Positions 12,275 through 24,512 of a stretch of 64,000 nucleotides of DNA are shown here, piece by piece (position 1 is the first letter of the stretch; each line of letters begins with the position of its first letter). Source of the stretch: Lama guanicoe (lineage: Eukaryota); the NCBI GenBank assembly GCA_013239625.1, contig MU054908.1, positions 3,265,946 through 3,329,945 of the forward strand, written 5' to 3'. The notes beneath the pieces were generated by a model that saw only the letters and a list, made by a program, of their open reading frames with translations, did no database searches and was not told the origin of the DNA. The position numbers and the translations under genes are program-made.

Positions 12275-12650
12275 TTGGCCATTAACTGCCTTCATCACCA
12301 TGAACTGAGCCTCAGTTTTCCCACCTGTCCAATGGGAATAAGCCTAGGTTTTATCTCTAAGGGCTATTATTAAGCTCAAACGAAATGGTGTCTGTGAAGG
12401 TGCTTTGTGAGCAGTGAAGTTCTGTAGAGATGTAGTTTCGATTGATGGCACGAGGTACTTCAGGGTGTTTCATATGCTTTACTGATAGCAAATGTTTTAT
12501 GGCACTTAACCCACGCCAGGCCCTGCTGTAAGTGCTTAACAAGTATCTAGTCATTCAGTATTCACAGCGGTCCCAGGAGGAGTGTGCTATTATCCAACTC
12601 CCATTTGACAGATGAGAAAACACAGGCAAAGGGAGGATAGTAACTCCGCA
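12275..12650. mobile_element. Two MIR SINEs (plus strand then minus strand)
   Basis: The cores are ctgagcctcagttttcccacctgtccaatgggaataa and cccatttgacagatgagaaaacacaggc. Confidence 0.78.
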
Positions 12651-12744
12651 AGCCTCCCCGTGGCAACAGGCCCACCTGGGCAGAACCTTTCCCCAGGGAC
12701 CCGTCTCTTCACTAGACCCACAGACTCAACTGGGTTCTCTTTTC

Positions 12745-13345
12745 CTTTTTATTGTTGAATGTTTCAACATACGTAAAGTAAAAAGAGTATTACAATAAAA
12801 TCACAGGAACTCTCATTACCCAGCTTTATTAATTATCAATTCACTGCCAATTTCCTTCATTTTTATCCTCCTCTCTCCCTGATTTATTCTGAAACAAATC
12901 CCAGATACTATGTGTATATATTTCATTTTGTGTTTCCACAAAATATTCTTCCAAAAACATTTGTCATGAAACTTGTCACCTAAAATTTTTTAAGTCATAT
13001 TATAAACTATTCAAAAAAACCTGTTCATTTGAATTGGGATACAAAAAAAGTTCATATATGGGAATTGGTTGGTAGGTCCCTTAAGATTTTTGATACCGAT
13101 GATTCATCTTCCATTTTTTTTTTCGTTTATTGTAGTTGTTTGAAGGTGTTGTAGGTTGCTTGCCCTATGGAATTCACCACAGGATGGATTTTGCTAAATG
13201 CACCTTTATGGTTTGCTTATGGTTATGGTCCCTCCGTTTCCTAGATTTTTCTGTAAATTGGTAGTCTCATCTAGAGGGCTGCTCTGATTCAGTCTTTTGG
13301 GGGTTTTTTGTTTTGTTTCGTTTTGATCTGTTTTAGCCAGAACAC
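12745..13345 (-). mobile_element. Old L1M (L1MC-like) 3' fragment
   Basis: An AT-rich tract (ttttattgttgaatgtttcaacatac...ctgaaacaaatccccagatac...ggattttgctaaatgcacc) resembles L1MC 3' ends. Confidence 0.65.
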
Positions 13346-14475
13346 TTCATGGGTGGTATCCTTTTCCTCCTTCCAGTCCCCCAACTATTGGTCTCTCTTC
13401 TGCTCAGCGTCTAGGTTGCCATCTGGAAAAAGTGTGTCCTGGGAGTGGGGACGCTGGGATCTAATGGGGGCAAAACTGAGAAAGAAATAGCTCAAGACAA
13501 CGTCTAGAAAACTCAAGGTCTTTACCTGCATCCCCGTTTACTTAGGAAGGCTCCCCTTCCTTGTAATAGTAACTATCACTTCTTGAATGTTTACAAAATG
13601 CCAGGTGCTGTTTTAATTGCCTTTAATGTAAAAAACGATTTTATTCTTCTGAGCAACCCTGTGCAGTCAGCAGTAATAGTATTATCACTTAGCAAAGGGG
13701 AACCAGGCCCAGAGAGATTAAATCACCTGCCCCAGCTCTCACCGCAGTGTTCGCCAGACAGTCCCGTCTCTGGGAGTCTTTGACTTTGGGACTCTCCGGG
13801 CCTGTATCATCAACATACTGTAAACTCCTGCAGTCTCACTCTGATTACCCTTCATGATCTCAAAATAGTGTGTCAACTGCAAGTTCCTCTTTTATCTTTT
13901 GGGGAGTTTGCCTCTGGGACAACTGCTCACATCCAGATTCTTCGTCTCAGGGTCCCCTTGTAGACATAAGAATCACACTCTCTTGTCTTCTCTTTGAAAG
14001 CTAGATTCAGGGAAATGGCCCCTCTACCTGCAGCCCTGGCCTTTCTCTTGATGCTAGAGGGACACAGTGACACCTTCCTTTAAAGGCAATCTGTTAGGCA
14101 CCGTTTTTATTTTATTTTATTTTTTGACCACTTTGCAAAATACCCACTCCTCACCCCACATGATAAAACCGATTCACTCATCTGCTGGCCTTAGAGCTAG
14201 AGCTCTTGCTGCTCGCCCTGGGGCTGGGGCTAAACCACGAACCTCTCTGTCTCACCTGCAGAACTGGGATAATTATCTCTGCATTTACAGGGCTGTTGCT
14301 TGCCTCAGGCTTCTCGCCAGAAACGGGGAACCACTCGTATATCATGTGACAGCTTCAAGAACCAACCACAAAGTTTTACCGGGAGCCAATCCTCTCTGTT
14401 TGGGAAACACGAGGAGTGTAGGGCTAGGGTTGGGGCTGAGAAGTGGGTGTGGAGAGGGGGAACAGCAGGCAGTGG

Positions 14476-14600
14476 CAGGCCCAGCTACATAATTTGCAGC
14501 ATTTATTGCAGAATCCAGGATGTGGGGTCACTTGTTCAAAAATTATCCCGAATTTCAAGATGGTGACAACAGAAGATAAAATCAAACACGGGGCCTTTCC
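14476..14600 (-). mobile_element. hAT-Tip100 MITE (MER45A-like)
   Basis: It contains gctacataatttgc, cttgttcaaaaatta, gaatttcaagatggtgacaacaga and ggggcc. Confidence 0.75.
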
Positions 14601-15784
14601 AAGTCAACCCTCACTGGTAGTTTGGGACCCTCCAAAACACTTGTAAATGATGTGCTGTTTCTCATGTGAAATGAGGCCAGCTAGGCTGCTTGTGTTATGT
14701 GCTGCCTCTTTTCATTGTGCCTCAGCTAACTCTGATCTGTGGAATATTCCAGACAGAGGAGTAATGGGAATAAACAGAGTGTCCGGGGGAAAGTCCTGGG
14801 TGTCTGAAGACCACACCGTGGCAAAAATGGGATGGCTTAGCAGTGATTTCTGCCTCAGAGGGAGGGGGTGGGGGCAAGCAGAGTGTGGAAACGCACATCT
14901 GTTGACTGGGTGATACATACAAACCCTGGGGAGTAAAGCCCACAGCAGCCTCTTGGATTCAAGGTGCAGAGCAGGTAGGTGAGGAAGCCTGGCACAGCGC
15001 TGGGTTAGAGAAGTTTGGGAAGCAGTGCCTTTGATTCTTCTTGAAAAACAGCAATGCAAGGAGTAACATTTGGTAGCTGTTTATTAACGTAAAAGAAACC
15101 TGGAAATATGAAATGACAGAAGGCCGATGGGATTTCTTTGAGGAGAACCCACAGCAGAATGGAAGGCCCTGGGGCACCGGCCTTCCACTGCTCTTGTAGA
15201 GGAGAAGCTGGCTGCTCTATGGATGGGGCCATATCCAGAAACTGGGGGCAGGAATGTCTGGAGTTTGTGTACCAGGCAGTTTTTCCCGAGCTATCTCTGC
15301 AGGATGTAAGAGATACCGCCTTCAGAAACCCTAGGGATAAGAATCCACGTTGCATGACCCGGGGGGCACTCCTCACCTTCTAGTCTAGCAGGGGATGGTC
15401 CTCCACGGTGTCTTTCCCATGCTCTGCAATGGGGCCAACACCCCACTGGCTGTCTGGGGCGGCTGAGCACCTCTCTCCTCCAAGGTGGAGACATTCTAGC
15501 AAGCAACAGCTTTCCCACTGGTGGTCAGTGTGGTCCTCCGTGGGACATGGCCATAGCCGACAAGGGACGTCCTGTGTCCTTTTCTCTTTTCTGCTTCCCC
15601 CTGGGCACACCACTGAGTTCCCACTAGGGGATGAAACCAACTTAGAGCAAAGTCATCCCGACTCTAGAAAGCAAAACTTGGTCTTTCTGAAAAGGTACTG
15701 AATTAACTCGAATGCTCACTTAATCCTTAAATCTGGATATCTTTTCCGAGGGTGATTCACTATGACTCTCAGTCAGTGTTGAAG

Positions 15785-16005
15785 ACTGCAGCGATTGAGA
15801 GCGCAGAACCTACAGCCAGACTGTGGGAGTTCAAATCCCACCACTGCCAGTACTGGCTGTGTGAACTTGAGTAAGTCACTGAGCCTCTCTGTGCCTCAAT
15901 TTCCTCATTTGCAAAATGGGGATAATATTATGGGTTGTAGGGGTAGTTATGGGAGTCAGTACAAGAAAAATCCCTCTGTCATGTAATAAATGTTACTATT
16001 ATTAT
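15785..16005 (+). mobile_element. MIR SINE
   Basis: It has the core gttcaaatccc...ctgtgtgaacttgagtaagtcactgagcctctctgtgcctcaatttcctcatttgcaaaatggggataat. Confidence 0.88.
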
Positions 16006-17370
16006 TAAATGATAACTATGATTAAATAATTATATACAATTAGAATTCAATAAAAAGTTGACCTTACTGGTTTCTCGATGGCACCAGTACCTTATGTGGA
16101 GTAATTTTCTGGTCTATGACTAAAACATCGAGTGTCACTACCTAAAAGCAGCTTCTTAAATTGGCTCAAAAGTCAGTATTCCTGTGTCCAGAGGAGCAGA
16201 TTTTTTTTTTTCTCACTTTGGAAGAAAAATGAAAAGGAAAGAAGCGATTTCTTCTGTGGAGCTGGATGCTTTCCAGAACCGTACGGCCATACTTTAAATT
16301 GATGAATGGGTGAATTGCTGGTGGAGACCCTGACAGGCAGGGACTGCTGGGATGTTAAAATAAAATGATAGAAAATGAAGACAATTCAGCTTGAGTTTCT
16401 ACAGGGGCATTTGATCCGACCAGACTTCTTGCCAGAGCAAATGAGACCAGAGTGAGCTAACACCTGTAACAACATGCTTGTTGCCACTGCCTGAAGGGCA
16501 GCCACCGTGAGAGGGAAAAGGAAATAAATAGTTGGGGGAGGGCAGACAAAGGAGAGGTGCAGGCCTGGGGACCCGAGCGCTTCATGCCGCTTCTGAAATG
16601 GCAGTGGATTTCTAAAAACTGAGCACAACTTAAAAGAGGAAAAGAAGAGGCTCCCAGCCTGTGAAGCTGATGCCCGGCCCCGGGTCCACCAGGTCTGGAC
16701 TCCTCTGTGTCGGAGCTGTGCGTGGCCTATCAGAGGGGTAAAAGGAGGGGGAGGGGATACAAAGATAAGGAACACACAGCCCACGGTACCTGGGGCTCAT
16801 GGCCCAGGACAAGGAAAACGTGTGTAGGGTGCACTCTCACGGCCGTCTGCCAGGGTTGTGGGGTGGTCCTCCCAAACGCCTTAGGGGTAGGCAGACGATG
16901 CCATCTCTACTTCAGCGATGAAGAAATCAGCTCTAAGGTAAAATGACTTGCCCAAGGTCATGAAGCTAATGAGGCAAAAAGTAAGTCAGCTAATACTTAT
17001 TGAGCCCTCACTACCTGCCAGGCACAGGGCCAGAGAGACACATCAGCGATGAACAAGGAGCTTGCATTCTGGTTGAGGGGAGACTTACACAAACAGACGC
17101 AAATAAATAAAGAAGAACTTCATGGGGTGGGATGAGGGATACAGCTTTACCTCGTGTATGGGCCAGGTAGCTGACCTGAGAGACAGAATCAAGATATTCG
17201 CACNNNNNNNNNNNNNNNNNNNNNNNNNNNNNNNNNNNNNNNNNNNNNNNNNNNNNNNNNNNNNNNNNNNNNNNNNNNNNNNNNNNNNNNNNNNNNNNNN
17301 NNNNNNNNNNNNNNNNNNNNNNNNNNNNNNNNNNNNNNNNNNNNNNNNNNNNNNNNNNNNNNNNNNNNNN

Positions 17371-17668
17371 GGTAGGCTCCAAGTCCAAGAAGAGCCAATG
17401 CTTCCATTCAAATCCAAAGGCCAGAAGAGACTGATATCCCAGCTGAAGCAGTCAGGGAGGAGGAAATTCCCTCTTATCTAAGGGAGGTCAGCCTTTTTGG
17501 TCTATTTAGGCCTTCCACCAGTGCATGAGGGCCACCCACGGCAGGGCAGGTACTCTGCTTTTCTCAGTCCACTGATTCAAATATGAATCTCATCCACACA
17601 CTCACAGACACACCCAGAATAATGTTCCACCAAACATCTGGGCACCCTGTGGCCTAGTCTAGTTGACA
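17371..17668 (-). mobile_element. ERVL LTR (MLT2-like) inserted in an L2, left part hidden by an N-run
   Basis: It contains ctcagtccactgattcaaatatgaatctcatcc, cacagacacacccagaataatg and ctgggcaccctgtggcctagtctagttgaca. Confidence 0.85.
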
Positions 17669-17934
17669 AGGAAGATCTTGGGGAAGAGCTTTTGAGATCG
17701 AGGGGTAACAAGTTCTAAAGTAAGAACACTCCCTAGAATTCCAGGAAGAACAGAAGGACCAGTGTGGCTGGAAGGTGAACAAGCAGACGATTAGTAGAAG
17801 AGGAAGCTGGAGACTAGGACAGGGCCACGTTGTGTGAGGTTTGTAGACCATGATTAGAAGTTTGGATTTTATTCTAAATAATGTGGGAAGGCACTGGAGT
17901 GATATTAAAAAGATCAAGGTGATGAAATGAAAAG

Positions 17935-17959
17935 GGTGTGTGTGTGTGTGTGTGTGTGT
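17935..17959 (+). repeat. (GT)n microsatellite, about 12 units
   Basis: Directly visible. Confidence 0.93.
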
Positions 17960-18248
17960 TGGGGCAGGGAGCCCAGCTGCAAGGTCAAGATGATGGCAGG
18001 TTGAACTAGGGTGGTGGCTGTAAAGGTGATGGTCAGAGGTTGGATGTATTTTGGAAGTAGAGCCTGAAGGACTTGTTAGTGGATTGATTGTGAGATGTGA
18101 AGATAATAGATGAATCAAATATTACTTCTAGATTTTTGACCTTAGCAACTGGGTGAATGGTGGTACCATTTATCAAGATGGGAGAATGTTAGCTGGGGCT
18201 TGGGGTGAGGAGTAGAGTTTAGAAGGCAAGCAGAAGTTTGAGTTTGTT

Positions 18249-18381
18249 GGGGGGAGGGTGTAGCTCAGTGGTAGAGTGCATGCTTAGCATTCATGAGGTC
18301 CTGGGTTCAATTCCCAGTACCTCCATTCAAATAAATAAATAAACCTAATTACCTACCCTCTCCCCTCAAATTTTTTTTTCA
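18249..18381 (+). mobile_element. Camelid tRNA-derived SINE (Vic-1 type) with 15-bp TSD
   Basis: It has an A box (tagctcagtggtagag), a B box (gggttcaattccc) and an (AATA)n tail. The TSD AAGTTTGAGTTTGTT sits at 18234-18248 and 18382-18396. Confidence 0.93.
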
Positions 18382-18464
18382 AAGTTTGAGTTTGTTACCT
18401 CTGACTAGAACTTAAGCCTTCTAATCAGGACAGGTGTTCTTCCTAAAATGCTACAGTGTACATC

Positions 18465-18862
18465 TGTTGACTGCAAAAAAAAAAGGAACAATGTGAGAGT
18501 GGTGGGTTAAGTTTTATTTGGGGCAAAATGAGGACTATAGCCTGGGAGACAGCCTCTTCATTAGCTCTCAGGAACTGCTCTTAGTGAAGGGGGGTACGTG
18601 CAGTCAAGCACACATTTTGGCAGAGGGTTGCTGCTAGTCACGAGGAGCAGATGTCTCTGTTAATGACTTTAGTGCTTTAGTTATGAGAAGATGCAAGAAA
18701 TTGGGCTCATAAAATCTCCTGAAAATATCCAACTATCTGAAGACCTGTTCTGCCAGTTTTCCCCAGACCACAGAGTGCCTCATTCCTGATCTCCATCCTA
18801 AACTCCTTTCAGGGTGTGTTGAAGGTCAGCACCGGATGGTGAATGACAAGTTTTAGTTGGCA
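18465..18862 (-). mobile_element. ERV1-class solo LTR (MER41-like, artiodactyl type)
   Basis: The termini are TGTTG...TTGGCA with 4-bp flanks CATC/CATA. TTTATT (minus-strand polyA signal) lies at about 18513. The internal gaggactatagcctgggagacagcc block is recalled from this LTR class. Confidence 0.75.
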
Positions 18863-19099
18863 CATATATTCAAAATATATGTGTTGAGCACTTGTGTGCA
18901 AAGCTCTGTTCTCGATGCTGAGGAAGCAGCACTAAGCAATCCAGACACAGCAGAACCAGCTACTCTTTCTTGAGGCTCTGTTGTGTGCTGGGCATTGTGC
19001 AGAATACAAAATGAACTGGATGCATCTCCATCTCACCAAATGCTTTCAATTCAATTGGGTGGTTTAGGCAGGTAGGCAAATAGTTAAGAGTTGAAAGCC

Positions 19100-19500
19100 A
19101 TAAATACATTTATCGAGTACCTGCTATGTATTCCAGGCACTATGCCAGCCACGCCACGTGCTGGGAGTACCAGGATGAATTAAGATGCTCGCCTGATCCC
19201 CAGAAGCTTACCTTCAAGTGAAAAGACAGACACCTTCCAATGGGGGAACGACTAAGTGATTTCAATCCAGTGTGGTCAATGCAGGACAGTGTGAATGAAC
19301 AGCTATGCTTAGCAGAGGCCATTGTTCTGCAGGAGGGTGACCACCAAGAAGAGATGATAACTCAGATGAGCCCTGAAGGATGAGTCAGACCAAGAGAAGA
19401 TGAAGGCATTCCCCGCTAAGGGACAGCACAAGAACAGAAAGATGAGGTGCTGAAGAGTTTTCTGCAGAGAAGTGAATGGCTGGGCTTGCATTTTGTAGAT
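19100..19500 (-). mobile_element. LINE-2 3' fragment
   Basis: It reads catttatcgagtacctgctatgtattccaggcactatgc...cagaagcttacc...gccctgaaggatgagt. Confidence 0.7.
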
Positions 19501-20986
19501 CAGCAGTGGTTGGAATGGGGGCAGGGGATGGTGGAGAGGGAGCTGGGAGGAGCGGCTAAGGATGTCACCTAAGAGAAAAGATGGGAACTGAAATGAGGGA
19601 CAGGAAGGGTTCAGCGTGGCGAGGGTTCCGTGATTCTGCAGACCTGGGTCATGAGGCCTGCTTTCACCAGGGAGGGGGCATTGAGAAGTGCTGAAAGGGG
19701 AACTTGGAGGGAATCAGACCTAATGTAGATCAAGAGGCTAGCAGACAAGGTTCAAGTAGGGGCAATAACAACCAATAGGGACTTCCATTCCCTGGTTAGC
19801 ATAAATGACATCACGTTATCCTCGGGGCACTGTTGTGGGTTAGCACACAGTCCATTTCAAAAGCAAGGAAATGAAGAGGCAGAGAGGCTGAGTGATGGGC
19901 CTGAGGTCAGACACTGCACAGTGGTGTGGGTTTTCCTCTTGTCCTGTGTCTCCCCTGCTGTAATGAGTGAGAATCGAGACAATGTCATCCCGAGAGAGAC
20001 CCTTGGCTTTATACCTAAAGACTCCAAGGGGCAAGAACAACTGTGAGGCTGAGTTCTTCTTCCAGCCCAGCAGCCCCGCCTCCCCCACTCCCCTGAGATG
20101 GGTCTCCACCTTCCCTGACCCCAGCAGGCCTGACAGCCGTCAAGCTCATCACCTCTGAGATCAGAAAGACTGAGAAGTAGACATTAGTGGCCGTGAGCTG
20201 AGGAAACTCACAGAAGAGCAATTAAAGCGGCGCATGGGGGGAAGCCTGCCTGTAATGGTTTGCAGCTGCAGCAAGAACTCGCCTCCCCCTTTGGGCTCTG
20301 CCCTGCTGCTGGGGCTGCCCGTCTGTATTTCACATCCTGACCAATTAGATCCCCATGTGTGCTGCAGGCGTGAAAAAATAGAAAGTGAATAATCCTTCAT
20401 TCTGTGCATAGTGAGCAGCTTTGATCCTCTGGCGCGGGGGCCCTGTTCCATCAGAAAGTGCATCCCTTCTCAGTTTCCTTTTTTTTTTCTTTTTAAGCCA
20501 GTTTCCTTGTCTCAAATTGACATTAACCTCCACCCAGAGACCTGTGAAATGACCACAATTCATCTTCAGACCCTTCTGATCAAAGCTGGATTGGGTTTTT
20601 TGTCTCTCTTTTAAATTCTTGCTACGAGTCCTCCTTTTCTCACATTGGTTGGCTGCCAATGTTTCCAGGCTGAAATCAAAAGGAATAGTCTATTAATATC
20701 AGGCTTCTGCAACAAGGCCACCATTGTCTGCTTCATTTCAGAGTACCTATGGGCCTCTGGTGAGAGGGAGAGATGGTGAGCATGTGTGTGCATGTGTGTA
20801 AGTGTTCAAATAAGCAGTTTCAAAATAAGCAGGAAAAGAGGGAGTCAGTAATCCTGGTTTCTTTCAAATGATAAATCTCAGTGACTCTAGTTAAAGATGC
20901 AAATACTGATCACCTGTTTGATTTTGAAAGCATTATGTTCTTGGAAGCATGTTTGATAAGAAGACCTGTTTTAATGCTATAAATAA

Positions 20987-21352
20987 GGTGGTGGTGAAGC
21001 TGGTGGTACAGGCAGTGAAGGAGGGGGTGGGGATGGTATTGGCATTGGTGTGGAGGAGATGCAGGTAGAGCAGGCAGAGGGGTGTAGGAGGTGGGTGGTG
21101 GTAGTGGTGATGGTGCAGAAGAAATGGAGGAAGCAGTGGCTGTAGAGGTAGTGAAGGAGGAAGTAGAGGATGAGATGGAGGAGGGGGTTTGGTAGTGGAG
21201 GTGGAAGAGGTAATGGAGGGAGTGGAGGAAGAGGTGAAGGATGTGGGCATGGTGGTGTGGAGGCAGTGGTGGTGAAGGAAGTGGAAGAGGAAGTGAAGGA
21301 GGGTGTGTGGGAGGTGACGGTGGTAGAGGGAGAGACGAAGGGTGAGCAGAGG
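20987..21352 (+). repeat. G/purine-rich degenerate (GGA/GGT)n low-complexity tract
   Basis: About 365 bp are dominated by GGA/GGT/GAA triplets with very few C. The tract generates spurious long minus-strand ORFs. Confidence 0.9.
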
Positions 21353-22937
21353 TACTGAAAACAAGAACCAGCTGCTGTCCATTCTTCCTTCCCCCGTCCC
21401 AGCAGGTCCCACAGGCTGGGAAGACCCAAATCCTCTGTTTCACCCAGGGGTGTGCACGTCATTTCCTCCTGGGTCATTGGGCAGATTTTGTCTGGTGGTC
21501 ACTCCCGGCTGAGGCCTGTTTGGATAGCAGCTTTCCCTGGATCAGCATCTCGCAGATGTAGGTCCACGTCATCCAAGTTCATGACATACATCCCTTACAG
21601 TGTAACCCTTCTGGGAGTGGCAGGTAGAGTCGGGGGAAGGGGTAGGTAGAGATCACCTGCATCACCCAGATCAAACATATTTAGCACTCTCGAGTGAACT
21701 GCATGACTCAGTAAGAAAAAAGAACTGGGGGTCCTGGGACCTGGGTCTTTGCCCTGCCTCTGACAGCTGTGTGGCCTCAGATGGGCCGCTTTCCTCTCGG
21801 TTCCCCAGTCTCCCATTGTGTGACATGAGATCCTTGAATTTGAAGAGTTCTGCCAGCTCTGACACATTGCTTCTATTTTGGAGAAATTAAGGCAACCATT
21901 AGAGCTTTGCTTGAGTTCCATCCTGGCTTTTTGAAGATGGAGTTTCACTTTCTGTTTCTTCTGGTTGGGTTCTTTTCTGAAAATAGAGAACAGTGGCCCT
22001 GAATTTAGCTTTGTCAGCCTTGGGTAAGTGGGTGGACCACATCACCCAGTGCCCACTACCCTCAAGCCACCGCCAGAACCAAATTCAGATCAAAGTCAGA
22101 CTGGTTCTTCCCACACCTACCTTAGAGGAAAGGTCACAAGTTCTGGTGAGAGGGCTCCAAAGTGGCTTGCTCTCACCTGAGAATGCACATTGCTGGAGAT
22201 GAGAAATGCAAATCAGAGCCCTCGAATAAAGCCAAATTCATCCAGACTAGAGAGTAAGCCATTGACATTGATCTAGACAAGCTGGCAGAACCAGAGCAAG
22301 GGAGGGCCTGAGGCAGGAAGGGCAATTCAGAGTGGGATTCTCTGCTGGTGATCAAGAGTCAAGACAGTTGCTGCTGGTGAACTTTTCCACCAAAGGACAA
22401 AACTGTCCTTTTCAGGATGTGGTGGTGTGGCAGGAGCACTGGATTTTTATTTAAAGACTTGGCATTGCAACTTCGGAGAGTTGGAGCACGTCTCTTTTGC
22501 TCTCTAGACCGCAATTTCCCCCTTTCCATTGTAATGGGACAGTGATAATGCCGGGGCCCATGTAGCCCCGAGGGTAAGAGCACTTTGCAAACTGCTCAAT
22601 ATTCAGTACGTGTTAAAGGATTTTTATTCCTATTCAGTCTCTTGACTTTGGACTTGACTTGATGGGGCAGATGGGAGGAAAGGTGAGCTGGGTGGGAGCT
22701 CTTCTAACACCCCTGAGCAGCCCGCGGCCGTCGCTGATTTGATGACAGGTTTCTGACTGAGAGAGCACCTGTAATTGAAATGTTCTCAGAGGGGCACTGG
22801 CTCTGACCATATCTGAATGCCTCCAAAGGTGACATTAGCTGACTGAAGAGCCAGGCCTTGAAAGGAAGGGGCACCATCTCCAAAGTATTGACTGAATATC
22901 AGGCTGGGTGCCTTTCACAGATGATTGTGCTCAATTC

Positions 22938-23116
22938 TTTTTTTTTTTTAATTTTTAAAGAACATTTATTTTATTTTTTGTACAATATATTTTATTTTAT
23001 TTACTTGGGGGGTGGTAATTAGATTTATTTATTTATTTTAATGGAGATAATGGGGATTAAACCCAGGACCTCGTGCATGCTAAGCAAGCACTCTGCCACG
23101 GACCTATACCCTCCCC
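22938..23116 (-). mobile_element. Camelid tRNA-derived SINE (Vic-1 type)
   Basis: A T-rich tail precedes ggggattaaacccaggacctcgtgcatgctaagcaagcactctgccac...tataccctcccc. AATTCTT occurs on both flanks. Confidence 0.9.
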
Positions 23117-23829
23117 TCTTGAGGTTAATTCTTATAAGGTAGAAATTATTGTCTTTATAGATGAGGAAACTGATGCTTGGAGATTAATATATCCAAAGTC
23201 GTAGAACTAAATCTAAATTCAAGCTCAGATCTGTCTGCCCAGGTCTCCATCATACCACGTTGGCATCTTTCCAGAACAAGTTGAAATCCTCTGGTTGGTT
23301 TGTAAACAAGGCGTTCATGGCCTGCCTGGCGCTGGGTCCCCAGAGTTGATCCTCTTTTCTGAAGGCCAGCTCCCATGATCAGGATCAGCCACCAGGGAGG
23401 GTAAGAAAAACAGTGTGAGGGAAACCTTGAGAACTGTTTCCCAGCATTAATTCTTATACCCTCCAAAAGTAGAATCTAAAAATGTCCCCAAAAATAGCAA
23501 AGGGAAAAAAGAGCCTTCCTGAACAAATTCAGAGGGGAAGGAACTTTATTGTTCTTGGTTTTATTTCCTCGTGAGCAGGGACAGGATGGCTTAAAAGCTT
23601 TGTAAATGGCACCCAAATGGTGGCATCTGGGTGGTTGGTGCCGGTTCAGGCACTCAGGATATGGCAACCTTGGGATGCTGAGTGAAGGGGCACAGACCTC
23701 CCTTCCATCTCACATTCAGAGCGACAATGGTACTCTGTGGAGTACTTGGTGGAGATGTGGTACAGGACAGGTGATGCTCAGGAGCTTCTGGTTAGATGGG
23801 GATGGAAGGAGAGATGAAGGAAAGGGAGG

Positions 23830-24140
23830 CACACACTGCAGCATTGGTTGTTCCTCTTGTGGAAATGCTCCTCTGCCCTCTCTTTTCCATCTGGATCCTT
23901 CTCATCTTTCAGATCTTAGTTTAAACATGCCCTCCTCAGAGATGCCTTCTCAGATGGTCAGGTCCGAAGGCTGTCTCTCATAGTGCACTGTCCTTCCCCA
24001 TCAGAGGTGCATTAGTCACGATTTGTAGTGGTTTACCTGCCTCCACACCAGACGCTTAGACCCACGAAGACGGGCACCACCAAGATGGCCTGTTTCTACA
24101 CCACATTTTCCTGAGTGCCCAGCACATGGCAGGATGAATG
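23830..24140 (+). mobile_element. LINE-2 3' fragment
   Basis: It reads tggaaatgctcc...ctttcagatcttagtttaaacatgccctcctcagagatgccttc...gtgcccagcaca. Confidence 0.6.
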
Positions 24141-24361
24141 GAGAAGTGGAGTGGTTAGAATAAAGGGGTGTTTATGCTTGAAGGGGTGAGCTCCATGGGA
24201 AATCTAAGTATATGGAAGGAAGGGAAGATCCAACTTTAAGCAGTTTTAGGAATAAGGACATTTATTACAGCATCTAACAAGAAATCTCAGGGCAGGCGCT
24301 TCCAGAATTGGCCTCACAGCTGGAGGCTGCCCTTGTAGACAGTAGGATTAAGAAAGGACAT

Positions 24362-24512
24362 ATCCACAGGGAACTGTATTCAATATCTTGTAATAACCTA
24401 TAATGAAAAAGAATATGAAAAAGAATATATATGTATAATAGAATCACTATGCTGTACACCAGAAGCTAACACAACATTGTAAATCAACTATGCTTCAATT
24501 TAAAAAAAAGAA
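24362..24512 (+). mobile_element. Short LINE-1 3' end fragment
   Basis: It reads acagggaactgtattcaatatcttgtaataacc...aaatcaactatgcttcaattt followed by an A-tail, matching the 34260-34600 fragment. Confidence 0.85.

Larger units (their letters stand above)
16985..18233 (-). mobile_element. LINE-2 fragment carrying a nested MLT2 LTR and (TG)n
   Basis: It starts with the L2 tail aatacttattgagccctcactacctgccaggcac. It resumes after the LTR with ttggattttattctaa, ggatgtattttggaagtagagc and gcaactgggtgaatggtggtaccattta. Confidence 0.78.

Noticed and set aside
15200-15305. Possible cassette exon (ctcttgtag acceptor, gat|gtaaga donor)
   Set aside because: It is 106 nt with no recognisable peptide in any frame and no partner exons. 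Such splice-like pairs are common by chance.
18249-18325. tRNA gene
   Set aside because: The A and B boxes belong to a tRNA-derived SINE head, which has an AT tail, TSDs and four related copies in the window.
20910-21477. Three overlapping 159-177-aa Pro/His/Ser/Thr-rich ORFs
   Set aside because: They are an artefact of the C-rich minus strand of a low-complexity triplet tract, which lacks stop codons in all frames.
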